Origin: an uncultured Coriobacteriia bacterium
Lineage (GTDB): Bacteria; Actinomycetota; Coriobacteriia; Anaerosomatales; PHET01
Assembly (NCBI GenBank): GCA_942493275.1
Contig: OW818687.1
Coordinates: forward strand, 176,743 to 240,742
Direction: 5' to 3'
DNA: 64,000 nt
Below the pieces are notes generated by a model. The model worked only from the letters and a program-made list of their open reading frames with translations, was not told the DNA's origin and made no database searches. Both the position numbers and the translations under genes were made by a program. Below, in pieces: positions 1 through 11,137 of the stretch (within the stretch, counting starts at the first letter, position 1; every line of letters starts with the position of its first letter).

Positions 1-12
1 GATCGGTCATGG

Positions 13-372
13 CTAGCCCTCCTCGGAGCAGAGCGATCGGTAGAAACAGCTGCGCTCACCGGTGTGACAGGCCTTGCCCTCGCCCGCCTGATCGACGATG
101 ACGAGCAGGCAGTCGGCGTCACAGTCGTAGCGCACATCCGAGACGACCTGAACGTTGCCGGACTCCTCGCCCTTCATCCAGTACTTCTGGCGGCTGCGGC
201 TCCAAAACCACGTGCGCTTGGTCTCGCACGTCTTAGCGAGTGAGTCGACGTTCATCCACGCCAGCATCAGCACGTCGCCGGTCTCTCGGTCCTGGATGAT
301 GGCCGGAATGAGGCCGTTGGCGTCGTACGTGAGCTCGGGGATGGTGAGGGTGTCGTGTTCGCGGTCGCTCAT
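13..372 (-). CDS. hisI: phosphoribosyl-AMP cyclohydrolase
   Basis: Motifs [24 protein letters not shown] and [10 protein letters not shown]; lies in the his cluster; no fused HisE domain. Confidence 0.95.
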   Translation of the reverse strand: MSDREHDTLTIPELTYDANGLIPAIIQDRETGDVLMLAWMNVDSLAKTCETKRTWFWSRSRQKYWMKGEESGNVQVVSDVRYDCDADCLLVIVDQAGEGKACHTGERSCFYRSLCSEEG

Positions 373-387
373 GGGAGTCCTTCCGGT

Positions 388-1155
388 TCAGAGTCTGACG
401 GGTATGCCGTGCGCGGCCATGTGCTCTTTGACCTGGCGCACGGTGTAGGTACCGAAGTGGAACACGCTCGCCGCAAGTACCGCATCGGCGTCGGCCTCGA
501 TGACGACCTCGGCAAAGTGATCGAGCGTTCCGGCTCCACCGCTCGCGATGACGGGCACGTTGACCGCCCGGGTCACAGCGCGGGTGAGGTCGATGTCGTA
601 GCCGTCCTTCACGCCGTCGCAGTCCATGCTGGTGAGCAGGATCTCGCCCGAGCCGAGACGCTCGGCCTCAGCGGCCCACTGCACCGCGTCCATCTCGGTG
701 TTGATGCGCCCGCCATTGATGAAGACCTCCCAGCGCGCCGGGTTCGACCCGGGGATGCGCCGCGCGTCGATGGCCGTGACGATGCACTGCGAGCCATAGA
801 TGCGCGACGTGTGGGTTATGAGCTCGGGGTTGCGAACGGCCGCCGAGTTGAGCGAGATCTTGTCGCAACCCGCCTTGAGCATCTCTCGGATGTCCTCGGC
901 GGAGCGCATACCGCCGCCCACTGTGTAGGGGATGAAGCACTCCTCGGCGGTGCGGGAGGCGACCTCGAGCATCATCGGGCGCTCTTCGTGGCTCGCGGTG
1001 ATGTCGAGGAACACGACCTCGTCGGCCCCCTCGCGGTCGTATATTGCGGCCATCTCGACCGGGTCGCCCGCGTCCACCAGATTCACGAAGTTCACGCCTT
1101 TGACGACGCGGCCTTCGTGTACGTCGAGGCACGGTATGACGCGCTTGGTGAGCAC
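388..1155 (-). CDS. hisF: imidazole glycerol phosphate synthase cyclase subunit
   Basis: [44 protein letters not shown]. Confidence 0.98.
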   Translation of the reverse strand: MLTKRVIPCLDVHEGRVVKGVNFVNLVDAGDPVEMAAIYDREGADEVVFLDITASHEERPMMLEVASRTAEECFIPYTVGGGMRSAEDIREMLKAGCDKISLNSAAVRNPELITHTSRIYGSQCIVTAIDARRIPGSNPARWEVFINGGRINTEMDAVQWAAEAERLGSGEILLTSMDCDGVKDGYDIDLTRAVTRAVNVPVIASGGAGTLDHFAEVVIEADADAVLAASVFHFGTYTVRQVKEHMAAHGIPVRL

Positions 1156-1886
1156 TAGTACTCCCCTCGCGCCGCGCGGATGGCGTGCTTGAGCTTGAAC
1201 GCGCCCTCGTAGAGCGCGCGGCCTGTGATCGCGCCTTCGACCGTGTCGGGGCCGAGTGCCGCAAGCTGGCGGAAGTCGTCGAGCGTGGAAACGCCGCCGC
1301 TGGCGATGACCGGGAAGCCGGCCGTCTCGGCGATCTCTTCGTAGGCGTCGACGTTGACGCCGGTCTGCATACCGTCCCGGCTGATGTCGGTGTAGACGAG
1401 GTGACGGATACCGAGGTCCCGCAGCTCAGCGACCAGCTCGGCGGCAGGCGTCGAGGTGCCTTCGCGCCAGCCCTCCACCGCGACCATCCCGTCGCGAGCG
1501 TCGATGCCCGCGACGACCTTGTCGCCGAAGCGAGCGACCGCCTCGCGCACGAAGGCGTGGTCGGTCGCGAGCTTGGTGCCGAGCACCATGCGGCTCACGC
1601 CGGCCTCGGCAAGGCGCTCCATCGTCTCGAGCGTACGGATGCCGCCGCCGGTCTGCACCGGCAGCCCACTCTCGCGCGCGATGCGCTCGATGGTTTCGAT
1701 GTTGCCGGGAACGCCGGTGCGCGCGCCGTCCAGGTCGACGACGTGCACCCACTCGGCCCCGTCATCGGCGAATGCACGCGCCTGGGCGAGCGGATCCTCG
1801 TTGTAGACGGTCACCCGGTCGTAGTCACCCTGAGCGAGACGCACTGCGCGCCCGCCGAGGATATCGATTGCTGGAAAGACGATCAC
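1155..1886 (-). CDS. hisA: ProFAR isomerase
   Basis: [44 protein letters not shown]. Confidence 0.97.
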   Translation of the reverse strand: MIVFPAIDILGGRAVRLAQGDYDRVTVYNEDPLAQARAFADDGAEWVHVVDLDGARTGVPGNIETIERIARESGLPVQTGGGIRTLETMERLAEAGVSRMVLGTKLATDHAFVREAVARFGDKVVAGIDARDGMVAVEGWREGTSTPAAELVAELRDLGIRHLVYTDISRDGMQTGVNVDAYEEIAETAGFPVIASGGVSTLDDFRQLAALGPDTVEGAITGRALYEGAFKLKHAIRAARGEY

Positions 1887-1915
1887 GTGAGATTCCCTTC
1901 TTCAGACGGCGCCCC

Positions 1916-2548
1916 CTACGAGGCGCGCGCCCCGTCGACGATCCGTCCGAAGTTGGCGAGCAGGTGCAGACCCATCGTCGAGGACTTCTCGGGATGGAAC
2001 TGCACCGCATAGATGTTGTCGCGCTGCACTGCGGCGGCGAATCGCACGCCGTACTCACAGCTGCCGATGATCGCAGCGTCGTGTGCCGGCGAGAGCCGGT
2101 AGCTGTGCACGAAGTAGAACGCGGTCGACTCGGGGATGCCGTCGAAAAGCAGCGAGTCGCGCGGGTACTCCACGGTGTTCCAGCCGATGTGGGGCACCTT
2201 CACGCCGCCAGGCAGCCGGTCGCAAACGCCATGGACGAGCCCGAGCCCCTGCCACTCCCCGTCTTCGAGCCCGCGATCCGCCAGCAGTTGCATGCCGAGG
2301 CAGATTCCGAGGAACGGCGTACCGTGGGCAGCCCGGTGGCGCATGGCCTCTTCGACGCCGGACTCCTTGAGGTTGGCGGCGGCATCGCGAAACGCGCCGA
2401 CACCCGGCAGCACGATGCCGTCGGCGGCCTCGATGATCGCCGGGTCATCGGTCACGACGACGTCTTCGACGCCAGCATGCTCGAAGCCCTTCTGCACACT
2501 TCGCAGGTTGCCCATGCGGTAATCGATGATGGCGATCCGAGGGCTCAC
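1916..2548 (-). CDS. hisH: imidazole glycerol phosphate synthase glutaminase subunit
   Basis: [33 protein letters not shown] glutamine amidotransferase motifs. Confidence 0.97.
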   Translation of the reverse strand: MSPRIAIIDYRMGNLRSVQKGFEHAGVEDVVVTDDPAIIEAADGIVLPGVGAFRDAAANLKESGVEEAMRHRAAHGTPFLGICLGMQLLADRGLEDGEWQGLGLVHGVCDRLPGGVKVPHIGWNTVEYPRDSLLFDGIPESTAFYFVHSYRLSPAHDAAIIGSCEYGVRFAAAVQRDNIYAVQFHPEKSSTMGLHLLANFGRIVDGARAS

Positions 2549-3132
2549 AGGCTCCCCTTCGTGCTCGGCACGCCACTCACACGCGGATCGAGCTCGACAG
2601 CGGTGCGAAGCGCGCGCGCCGCGGCCTTGAACGCCGCCTCGATGATGTGGTGGCTGTTGTCGCCGGCCAGCGAACGGACGTGGAGCGTGAGCCCGGCGTT
2701 GGTGGCCAGCGCGATGAGGAACTCCTTGGCGAGCGTGGTGTCAAACGTCCCGATCACCTCGATGGGCAGGTCGACGGCGTAGTGCAGCTGGCCCCGCCCG
2801 GAGATGTCGACCGCGGAGAGCACAAGCGCCTCATCCATCGGGATCGTCGCCGAGCCGAACCGCGTGATGCCGGCCTTGTCGCCGAGCGCCTGCGCGATGC
2901 ACTGACCGATCACGATTCCGACGTCCTCGACGGTGTGGTGCGCGTCCACGTCCAGGTCACCGGTCGCCGCGACCGTGAGATCGAACAGACCGTGGCGCCC
3001 AAAGGCGTCCAGCATGTGGTCGAAGAAGGGCACTCCGGTGGCGACGTCGGTGGCGCCCGACCCGTCCAGCTCCAGGCTGACGGTGATGTCGGTCTCACCG
3101 GTCGTTCGGGTGATCTGTGCCGATCGGCCCAT
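2545..3132 (-). CDS. hisB: imidazoleglycerol-phosphate dehydratase
   Basis: [43 protein letters not shown]; start moved to the ATG at 3132 (MGRSAQ). Confidence 0.96.
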   Translation of the reverse strand: MGRSAQITRTTGETDITVSLELDGSGATDVATGVPFFDHMLDAFGRHGLFDLTVAATGDLDVDAHHTVEDVGIVIGQCIAQALGDKAGITRFGSATIPMDEALVLSAVDISGRGQLHYAVDLPIEVIGTFDTTLAKEFLIALATNAGLTLHVRSLAGDNSHHIIEAAFKAAARALRTAVELDPRVSGVPSTKGSL

Positions 3133-3145
3133 CGGTACCCCTCTC

Positions 3146-4273
3146 TTACGCGGTGCGGTCGTGTCGCTTGGCGGTCGCCTGCGCGCCGAAGTGCTCGGAT
3201 GCGCGGCGCGTGGTGAGTACCTCGTCCACCGCCTCGATGAAGCGCTGGTTCTCGTCATGAGTTCCGACGGTCACCCGGAGGCAGTCCTCAAGACCCGGCG
3301 ATCGGGAGAAGTCGCGGATGAGCACCGAGTGTCCATGGAGCAGGTCACGCCACAATGCCGACGCGTGCTCGACTCTGAACAAGACGAAGTTCGCCTCGCT
3401 CGGAAAGACCTCGACTCCGTGTTGCAGTCGAAGGCCGTGCATCAGCTGGTCGCGCCCGCGCAGGATGTCTGAGATGCCCTGCTCGAAGACCATGCGGTCC
3501 TTGAACACCGCGCGTGCGACCCACTGGCTGAACGAGTTCACCGAGTAGGGCTGGCGCACCTTTTTGAGCTCGCTGACAACGTCCGCGTGACCAAGGAGGT
3601 AGCCAACGCGCATGCCAGCCATGGAGAACGCCTTTGAAAACGTCCGCAGAATGACCAGGTTTGGGTGGCGCGCCATGTGCGGGCGCATGGTGTGACGGCT
3701 GAACTCGAAGTACGCCTCGTCCACGAGCACGATCGCGTCCGTCGACTTGAGCAGGTCGATCAGGAAACCCTCGTCAGTCAGGTTGCCTGTCGGGTTGTTG
3801 GGGTTGGCGATCATGACGATGTCGATATCGCCCTCGGCGACTCGCGCGAGCACGGCGTCCTGGTCGATCGAGAAGTCCTCATGCCGAGGGATCCGCACGA
3901 TATCGGTCCCGGTGACTTCGGCATCGATCCCGTACATCGTGAAGGTCGGCGGCATGTCGATGAGCTTACGACCGGGGCCTCCCCACGCGAGCAGCAGGTC
4001 GAAGATGAGCTCGTCGCCGCCGTTGCCGACCAGCACGTTGTCAGCATCGAGGCCGTTGGCCTCGGCGATCATCTCGCGCAGCCGCGTTGCGGTGGGGTCC
4101 GGGTAGCGATTGAAGGCGAACTCCGGCAGGCGTGACGACAGCTTCGCCAACACCTCGCTGGGGAGGTTGTGCGGATGCTCGTTGCTCGCGAGGTTGACCT
4201 CGACCTTCATCTCCTTGGCGTCATACGGCGCCAGTGAGTCGAGTTCGGGCCGAGGTGCGCGAAAGTTGTCCAT
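3146..4273 (-). CDS. hisC: histidinol-phosphate aminotransferase
   Basis: [51 protein letters not shown]. Confidence 0.95.
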   Translation of the reverse strand: MDNFRAPRPELDSLAPYDAKEMKVEVNLASNEHPHNLPSEVLAKLSSRLPEFAFNRYPDPTATRLREMIAEANGLDADNVLVGNGGDELIFDLLLAWGGPGRKLIDMPPTFTMYGIDAEVTGTDIVRIPRHEDFSIDQDAVLARVAEGDIDIVMIANPNNPTGNLTDEGFLIDLLKSTDAIVLVDEAYFEFSRHTMRPHMARHPNLVILRTFSKAFSMAGMRVGYLLGHADVVSELKKVRQPYSVNSFSQWVARAVFKDRMVFEQGISDILRGRDQLMHGLRLQHGVEVFPSEANFVLFRVEHASALWRDLLHGHSVLIRDFSRSPGLEDCLRVTVGTHDENQRFIEAVDEVLTTRRASEHFGAQATAKRHDRTA

Positions 4274-5589
4274 CAGGCGATCCCCTCGTCATCGCGGGCT
4301 TCCTCAAGGGCCTCAAGACGCAGGCTCACCGCACGGCCATGAGCCCACAGCCCCTCCTTGCCGGCAATCTCGAGGACGTTGGGGCCGTCCATCTCGAGCG
4401 CCTCGAAGCTGTATCCGAGCACGCTCGACTTCTTCACGAAGTCGTCGACCGACAGCGGCGAGCTGAAGCGTGCGGTACCGCCCGTGGGAAGCACGTGGTT
4501 AGGGCCGGCGACGTAGTCGCCCACACTCTCCGGCGTCCACGGGCCGAGGAAGATCGCGCCCGCATTGCGGATCGAGCCGAGCAGCTCATAGGGCTCGGCC
4601 ATCTGGATCTCGAGGTGCTCGGGAGCGATGAGGTCCGAGGTGTCGAGCGCGGCCACGATGTCCGGGCACACGACCACGACGCCGTTGTCGCTCAGCGAGC
4701 GGGCGGTGATGTCGCCGCGCGGCGACTCGGCGATGAGGATCTCGAGCGCGGCGTCGACGAGGTCGGGCAGCTCGGGATCGGTGGTGACGAGGTAGGTCGC
4801 GGCGCGCGGATCGTGCTCGGCCTGCGCCATGAGGTCGATGGCGACAAACGCGGGCACGGCGGTCTCATCGGCGAGGATGAGCACCTCGCTCGGGCCGGCG
4901 AGCATGTCGATACCCACGTCGCCCATGACGAGCTTCTTCGCCGCGGTGACGTAGGCGTTGCCGGGACCGGTGACCTTGTCGACACGCGGGATGGTCTCGG
5001 TGCCGTACGCGAGCGCCGCAACCGCCTGTGCGCCGCCCACCTTGTAGATCTCGGTGACTCCGGCCTCGGCAGCCGCCGCCAGGGTGTAGGGGTTGACCGA
5101 GCCGTCCTCGGCGGGCGGTACGACCATCGCGACCTCGGAGACGCCGGCGACCCATGCAGGAATCGCGTTCATGAGCACGCTCGACGGGTACTGCGCCCGG
5201 CCGCCCGGCACGTAGATGCCGACACGCTGCAGCGGCGTCACCTTCTGGCCGAGGAAGACGCCGCCCTCCTGCGCGGTGAACCAGCTCTGCGGCACCTGTC
5301 TGCGGTGGAAATCCTCGATGGCTCCGGCAGCCTCGGCGATGGCCTCGAGGAACGCGGGATCGCAGCTGTCGACGGCGGCCTGTATCTCGGCCTCGGTCAC
5401 CCGGAAGTCGTCGAGTTCGACGCGGTCGAACTGCGCAGTCAGCTCGCGAAGGGCGACGTCACCGCGGGTGCGGACGTCGTCGACGATTCGCGCCGCCACG
5501 CCGATGATCTCGGCGTCGACGCCGCCTGAGCGGGCGAGGTCGGCCTCGGTGAGCCGCTGACCGGGCTCGAGCACGATGCGACGCATCAT
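4273..5589 (-). CDS. hisD: histidinol dehydrogenase
   Basis: GIYVPGGRAQYPSSVLM, GGAQAVAALAYGT, GPGNAYV, AGPSEVL, APEHLE, GDYVAGPNHVLPT. Confidence 0.98.
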   Translation of the reverse strand: MMRRIVLEPGQRLTEADLARSGGVDAEIIGVAARIVDDVRTRGDVALRELTAQFDRVELDDFRVTEAEIQAAVDSCDPAFLEAIAEAAGAIEDFHRRQVPQSWFTAQEGGVFLGQKVTPLQRVGIYVPGGRAQYPSSVLMNAIPAWVAGVSEVAMVVPPAEDGSVNPYTLAAAAEAGVTEIYKVGGAQAVAALAYGTETIPRVDKVTGPGNAYVTAAKKLVMGDVGIDMLAGPSEVLILADETAVPAFVAIDLMAQAEHDPRAATYLVTTDPELPDLVDAALEILIAESPRGDITARSLSDNGVVVVCPDIVAALDTSDLIAPEHLEIQMAEPYELLGSIRNAGAIFLGPWTPESVGDYVAGPNHVLPTGGTARFSSPLSVDDFVKKSSVLGYSFEALEMDGPNVLEIAGKEGLWAHGRAVSLRLEALEEARDDEGIA

Positions 5590-6302
5590 GATGCGGGCTC
5601 CTTATCGATCGAGGATGCGGGGGCGTCCCCCGCGACTGGAGATTGTACCGACAGCTCTGACATCGCGTCGGCGAGTCGGGTCACGCGCGGGTCGGTTCGA
5701 ACCGCGACCGGATTGCCGACGAATCGCGCGGTGCTCGGCAAGACGTCCTCAACGATTCGCAGGCGGTTCTGACGCAGCGTTGTGCCCGTCGCGGTGATGT
5801 CGACGATGACGTCGGCCATGCCGATGAGCGGGGCCAGCTCGATGTTGCCGTTGAGCTTCACGATCTCGACCTGGATGCCCCGCGCGTCGAAGTGCGTCTG
5901 AGCGATGTTGGGATACTTGGTCGCGACCCGCAGCACGCCCAGGCGCGCGTAGCGCTCGCTGGCGTCCGGCGCGTCCTCTCGCTCGGCGACGACGAAGCGG
6001 CATCCGCCGAAGCCGAGGTCGACCAGCTCGACGACCTCGAGCGCGGCCTCGACGAGCACGTCCTTGCCCGCGATGCCGCAGTCCGCACCTCCGTAGGCAA
6101 CATAGATCGGCACGTCGGTGGGCTTGGCGATGATGTAGTCCGCATCGGTGCTCGACACGATCAGCTGGCGCCCGGGATCAGCGAGCCCGGTGACGTCGAG
6201 GCCAGCCGCCTCAAGCATTCGCACCGAGTCCGGGAAGAGCGCTCCCTTGGGGACGGCGATACGCAGACGCTCGCCGACGGATCCGCGCGAGGTCGCAATC
6301 AC
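5586..6302 (-). CDS. hisG: ATP phosphoribosyltransferase, short form
   Basis: IAVPKG, GKDVLVE, VATKYPN, GNIELAP, IVDITATGTTL; no C-terminal regulatory domain; hisZ adjacent. Confidence 0.95.
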   Translation of the reverse strand: MIATSRGSVGERLRIAVPKGALFPDSVRMLEAAGLDVTGLADPGRQLIVSSTDADYIIAKPTDVPIYVAYGGADCGIAGKDVLVEAALEVVELVDLGFGGCRFVVAEREDAPDASERYARLGVLRVATKYPNIAQTHFDARGIQVEIVKLNGNIELAPLIGMADVIVDITATGTTLRQNRLRIVEDVLPSTARFVGNPVAVRTDPRVTRLADAMSELSVQSPVAGDAPASSIDKEPAS

Positions 6303-7558
6303 GAACGCTCACCCCCTTCGGCCCACGACGTGGTGGGCGGGTACGGCACCGGCTCCTCAAGCGGCAACGCCGGCTCGCCAGCGCGGTCGAGCCGCACAAC
6401 GCGGCCGTTCTCGGCGACGAGAGCCTCCACCGCGTCCAGCCGCTCGGCCTCGCGAACGAGCTCGAGGCCCGCACGCGACGACAGGGACACTCGCCAGCCG
6501 CCTGCCCGCAGCCGCGTGGCCGCAGCGAGCGCAAGGGCGGGCTGTCCGCCGAGCACGGCGTCGAGGCGTCGGACCGCCGGCGCGGCGTCCTGCTCGACGA
6601 GCGCGATGGTGAGGCGCTCGAGGCCCAGGGCGAAGCCGGCGGCGGGCATCGGCGAATCGAACGCCGCGAGCACGCCGTCATAGCGTCCTCCGCCTCCGAG
6701 AGGTACGCCGAGCCCGGGCGCGTATGCCTCGAGGACGAGGCCCGTGTAGTAGTCGAAACTGCGCATCACGCTGAAGTCCACCGAGACGCGCTCGGCGACG
6801 CCGGATGCTTCGAGGAGTGCCCACGTGCGAGCGAGCCCGTCGAGCGCCGGACCGCACGCGCAGCCCTCGGTGGCGACGCGACAGCGTTCGATAGCGTCGG
6901 CGCCGCCACGGATACGGGGCACGGAGCGCAACGCCCTTGCAGCCGCGGGTGCGACTCCCTCTGCCGCAGCCAGCCTGTCGAGCTCGACGAGGTTGCGGTC
7001 GTGCGCTGCCGAGAGCACCGCGCTCCCCCACGCCTCGGGCATTCCCGCAGCAGCCACCACCGCCGAGAGGACCTCGACGGTGCCCATGCCCACGCTGAAG
7101 TCGGGCAGCCCGCTGGCGAGCAACGCCTCGACCAGCAGGGAGACCACCTCGGCGTCGGCTGCAGGACCGCTCGCGTCCACCAACTCGACGCCGATCTGCG
7201 TAAACTGGCGCGCCTGGCCGCGAAGCGACTCGTGCTCGCGGAACGCCTCCGAGACGTACCGGAGCCGATACGGGCCCGGTTCCGATGACAGCCGGGAGGA
7301 CACAAGCCGCGCGATTGGCACGGTGACGTCCGGGCGCAGCGCAAGAAGGTGCCCGTCCAGGTCGACGAAGCGAAACGCCGTGCTCTCCATGGAGCCGGCG
7401 GCGGCTTCGAGTGCGTCGAGGCGCTCGACGACGGGCGTCTCCACGCGTCCATAACCCCACGCCGAGAACACGTCAGCCAGGCGGGACGCGAGCACTTCGC
7501 GCTCGGCCGCCTCGGCGGGCAATACATCACGAAAACCCCGAGGGGTGACAGGTCTCAT
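6299..7558 (-). CDS. hisZ: ATP phosphoribosyltransferase regulatory subunit
   Basis: HisRS-like motifs TPRGFRD, LRPDVTVPIAR, QFTQIGVEL, DYYTG, GGGRYD; adjacent to short hisG. Confidence 0.93.
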   Translation of the reverse strand: MRPVTPRGFRDVLPAEAAEREVLASRLADVFSAWGYGRVETPVVERLDALEAAAGSMESTAFRFVDLDGHLLALRPDVTVPIARLVSSRLSSEPGPYRLRYVSEAFREHESLRGQARQFTQIGVELVDASGPAADAEVVSLLVEALLASGLPDFSVGMGTVEVLSAVVAAAGMPEAWGSAVLSAAHDRNLVELDRLAAAEGVAPAAARALRSVPRIRGGADAIERCRVATEGCACGPALDGLARTWALLEASGVAERVSVDFSVMRSFDYYTGLVLEAYAPGLGVPLGGGGRYDGVLAAFDSPMPAAGFALGLERLTIALVEQDAAPAVRRLDAVLGGQPALALAAATRLRAGGWRVSLSSRAGLELVREAERLDAVEALVAENGRVVRLDRAGEPALPLEEPVPYPPTTSWAEGGERS

Positions 7559-7607
7559 CAGGTTGGCTCTCCGGTTAAGTTGTACCCGCGACCGTCTGTC
7601 GCAAGCG

Positions 7608-7639
7608 GCACTCTATCACAGTAGAGTGCTAGAGTGCAA
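7608..7639 (-). promoter_or_regulatory. his operon promoter (-35 TTGCAC, extended -10 TGA-TAGAGT) overlapped by a palindromic/tandem TrpR-like operator
   Basis: + strand GCACTCTA(7608-7615)-tcacag-TAGAGTGC(7622-7629)-TAGAGTGC(7630-7637); on the minus strand -35 is 7639-7634 and -10 is 7615-7610, with an 18-bp spacer. Confidence 0.7.
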
Positions 7640-7681
7640 CACGGGCACCGCCGGGCAGATGCCGCATGTTGCGGGGCCCTC

Positions 7682-10600
7682 TCAGGCCGCGCTCACCGCA
7701 TCCCCGCCGAAGACCTCCATGAGCTCGGCATGCAGACCGTTGGCGGCAGCATTCACGCGCTCCTGCATGGCGCAGATCAGCGTGCGCTTGTTGGCCTCGT
7801 CCCACACGTGCAGCTCGACGGTGTCACGTCCCGGGAAGTGACCCAGGATCCGCTTGAGCGCCTCGTGACGACCGTTCACCAGGGCGCTGGCGTCCGCCTT
7901 CACGACCAGCTTCATCGGCGGCTCTGCAAACTCCTCGCCGTCGAACTCCTGCACCTCGTGCACGATCAGCTTCTTGCCCCGGTCCGAGTCCTCGAGCTTC
8001 GCCTTGAAGCGCAGGACCGCGTCGACCGCAATGAGGTCGCGCACCTTGTCGTAGGTCTGCGGGAAGACGACCGCCTCAATCGAGCCCTCCAGGTCCTCGA
8101 GGGTGACGATCGCCATCATCGTGCCCTTGCGGGTAGGCCGGCGATCCACGCTCGCAACCAGGCCTGCGAACCAACCGGTCGTCCCGTCCGAGAGCTCGTC
8201 GATCTCGCCGAGAGAATGGGAGGCGGCACGTCGCACGGCGTCCGCTATCTCGTTGAGCGGGTGGTCCGACACGTAGATGCCGAGCATCTCCTTCTCGAAG
8301 CCGAGCCGCATCTTCTTGTCCCACTCGTCGCCGTCGGGCGGCGGGACCTCATCCGAGAACCCGTGGTCCTCCTCGGCGAACATATCGAACATCGAGACTT
8401 GGCCCGAGTCACGATCCTTCTGGCGCTTCGATGCGGCCTCGACGCAGCCGTCCATCAGTGAGATCAGGTGCTTGCGGGTGTAGCCGGTCGAATCGAACGC
8501 GCCGGCCTTGATGAGCGCGTCGAGCGTCTTCTTGTTCGCCTGCTTGAGGTCCACGCGATCGCAGAAGTCGTGCAGCGACGTGAACGGTCCGCCAGCCTCG
8601 CGCGCCTTGACGATGGTGTCGACGACGGCGTCGCCCACCCCGCGAATGCCCGCAAGACCGAAGCGGATGCCCTCGCCGGGAACCGCGGTGAAGTCGCGCT
8701 TCGACGAGTTCACGTCCGGCGGCAGGACCTTGTATCCCGCACGATTGCACTCGGCGACGTACTTGACGATCGACTCGGTCTTACCGGTGTAGCTCGTGAG
8801 CACCGCCGCCATGTACTCCAGCGGGTAGTGTGCCTTCAGGTACGCGGTCTGCATGGTGAGCAGGCCATACGCGGCCGAGTGGCTCTTGTTGAAGGCGTAC
8901 TCGGCGAAGGGCAGGATGTCTGCCCACAGGCTCTTGGCGAGCTGCGGGTCGTAGTCGTTCGCCTTGGCGCCCTCGACCCAGTCGTTCTCGAGCGCCGAAA
9001 GCACACTGAGGTCCTTCTTGCCCATCGCCTTACGGAGCTTGTCGGCCTTGGCTGCCGAGAATCCGCTCATCTCCATGGAGATCCGCATGACCTGCTCCTG
9101 GTATACGATCGCGCCGTAGGTATCCTCGAGGATGCCCTTGAGCCGGTCGTCGTAGTACGTGACCTCGCGTTTGCCCGCCTTGCGCTCGACGAAGTCCTTC
9201 ACCATGCCCGAGCCGAGCGGGCCCGGACGGTAGAGCGCGAGGACGGCGACGATGTCGGGGAAGACCGTGGGCTTGAGGTCGCGAAGCAGAGCGCGCATAC
9301 CCGGCGACTCCACCTGGAACACGCCAGCGGTGTCTCCGCGCTGCAGCAGCGCGAACTGCTCGGGATCATCGAGCGGTATGTCGTCGGGGTTGATGCAAAT
9401 GCCGTGGTTGGCCTCGATGTTCTTCACGGCGTCGGCGATGACGGTAAGCGTCCTCAGGCCGAGGAAGTCCATCTTGAGCAGGCCGAGATCGGCGACGGTG
9501 GGGCCGTCGTACTGCGTGATGACGACGCCGCCCTTGGTGTCGCGCTTGACGGGCACGTGCTCGTGCAGCGGATCGCGACAGATGACGACACCCGCGGCGT
9601 GCACGCCTTCACCGCGTACGATGCCCTCGAGCGAGGACGCAGCGTCGACGATCTTCTTGGTGTCGGCGTTGGCCTTGTAGTCCGCGTCGAACTCGGCGTT
9701 TTGCTCGAGCGAGGACTTGATGGTCGCCTTGAGGTCCTCGACGATCATCTTGCTGATGCGGTCCGGCACGCCGTAGGGGTAACCGAGCACGCGTCCCGCG
9801 TCGCGGACCGCCGCTCTCGCCTTCATGGTGCCGAACGTGATGATCTGCGCGACCTTGTCCTGACCGTACTGCTCGCGCACGTAGTCGATGACCTCGCTGC
9901 GACGAGCGTCATCGAAGTCCATATCGATATCGGGCATCTCCGAACGCTCGGGGTTCAGGAACCGCTCGAACAGCAGGCCATTCTCGATCGGATCGAGATT
10001 GGTGATGCCGAGTGAGTACGCGATGATCGAACCGGCAGCGGAGCCTCGGCCCGGACCTACGCCGATCTCGTTGGCCTTCGCCCACCGCGTGAAGTCCGCG
10101 ACGATGAGGAAGTACGCCGCGAACCCCTTGTCGTTGACGATCGACAGCTCGTAGTCGAGGCGCTCGATGATCTCGGCGGGCAGCGGGTCGCCGTAGCGAA
10201 CCTTGAGCCCCTCTATGCACTCAGCTCGCAGGAAGCTCTCGACCGTGTGCTCCTCGGGAACCTTGAAGACCGGCAGGATGATCTTGCCGAACTCCATCGA
10301 CACGTCGCAGCGCTCCGCGATCGCGAGCGTGTTGGAAAGCGCCTCGGGATACTCTCCGAGACGACCGGCCATCTCCTCGGCGGACTTCATGTAGAACTCG
10401 TCGCAACTGAACTTCATTCGACCCGGCTGGTCGACCGTGGAGTTGGTGCCGATGCACAGCAACAGATCCTGGGTGGCGGCGTCCTCGCGAGTGAGGTAGT
10501 GGATGTCGTTGGTCGCGACTGTGGGGAGCCCGACCTCAGCCGCGAGCGAGGAGAGCTGCTGGTTGAGCTGCTTTTGGGACACGCCGTTATCGGCGACGAT

Positions 10601-11128
10601 CCCCTGCTCCTGCAGCTCGATGAAGAAGTCGCCTGAATCGAAGATGCCCGCGTAGGTCTCGGCCCACTTGCGCGCCTCCTCGGGCTGGCCGCGCTCGATG
10701 GACTTGCTGACGATGCCGCTCATACAAGCGGACGTGCCGATCAGGCCCTTCGAGTGTGCCCTGAGCAACTCAAGGTCGACCTGAGGCTTGTAGTAGAACC
10801 CTTCGACGGCCGCGTTGGAGACGAGCGCCATCAGGTTGCGGTAACCCTCGTTGTCCTTCGCCAGAAGAAGCAAGTGGAAGAGGTTCGGTTTTCCGTCGCG
10901 CTTGAAACGCGAGTCCGGGGTGAAGTAGACCTCGCAGCCTATGATCGGCTTCACGCCGGCCTTGATCGCCTGACGGTAGAAGTCGACCGCGCCATACATG
11001 TAGCCATGGTCGGTGATCGCCAGCGCGGGCATCTCGAAGGCCTTGGCCTGCTCGATGAGCTTGCCTACGCGCGCTGCACCGTCGAGCATCGAGTACTCGG
11101 TATGGGTGTGAAGGTGGACGAAGGACAC
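7682..11128 (-). CDS. dnaE: DNA polymerase III alpha subunit
   Basis: PHP domain (HLHTHTEYSMLDGA, TDHG), GRGSAAGS, PDIDMDF, YRPGP, YAFNKSHSAAY, OB fold; 1148 aa, no intein evident. Confidence 0.99.
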   Translation of the reverse strand: MSFVHLHTHTEYSMLDGAARVGKLIEQAKAFEMPALAITDHGYMYGAVDFYRQAIKAGVKPIIGCEVYFTPDSRFKRDGKPNLFHLLLLAKDNEGYRNLMALVSNAAVEGFYYKPQVDLELLRAHSKGLIGTSACMSGIVSKSIERGQPEEARKWAETYAGIFDSGDFFIELQEQGIVADNGVSQKQLNQQLSSLAAEVGLPTVATNDIHYLTREDAATQDLLLCIGTNSTVDQPGRMKFSCDEFYMKSAEEMAGRLGEYPEALSNTLAIAERCDVSMEFGKIILPVFKVPEEHTVESFLRAECIEGLKVRYGDPLPAEIIERLDYELSIVNDKGFAAYFLIVADFTRWAKANEIGVGPGRGSAAGSIIAYSLGITNLDPIENGLLFERFLNPERSEMPDIDMDFDDARRSEVIDYVREQYGQDKVAQIITFGTMKARAAVRDAGRVLGYPYGVPDRISKMIVEDLKATIKSSLEQNAEFDADYKANADTKKIVDAASSLEGIVRGEGVHAAGVVICRDPLHEHVPVKRDTKGGVVITQYDGPTVADLGLLKMDFLGLRTLTVIADAVKNIEANHGICINPDDIPLDDPEQFALLQRGDTAGVFQVESPGMRALLRDLKPTVFPDIVAVLALYRPGPLGSGMVKDFVERKAGKREVTYYDDRLKGILEDTYGAIVYQEQVMRISMEMSGFSAAKADKLRKAMGKKDLSVLSALENDWVEGAKANDYDPQLAKSLWADILPFAEYAFNKSHSAAYGLLTMQTAYLKAHYPLEYMAAVLTSYTGKTESIVKYVAECNRAGYKVLPPDVNSSKRDFTAVPGEGIRFGLAGIRGVGDAVVDTIVKAREAGGPFTSLHDFCDRVDLKQANKKTLDALIKAGAFDSTGYTRKHLISLMDGCVEAASKRQKDRDSGQVSMFDMFAEEDHGFSDEVPPPDGDEWDKKMRLGFEKEMLGIYVSDHPLNEIADAVRRAASHSLGEIDELSDGTTGWFAGLVASVDRRPTRKGTMMAIVTLEDLEGSIEAVVFPQTYDKVRDLIAVDAVLRFKAKLEDSDRGKKLIVHEVQEFDGEEFAEPPMKLVVKADASALVNGRHEALKRILGHFPGRDTVELHVWDEANKRTLICAMQERVNAAANGLHAELMEVFGGDAVSAA

Positions 11129-11137
11129 TGCGCTCCC

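Noticed and set aside
1-10. Start of another minus-strand ORF (ATG ACC GAT)
   Set aside because: Only three codons are visible, so it cannot be identified.
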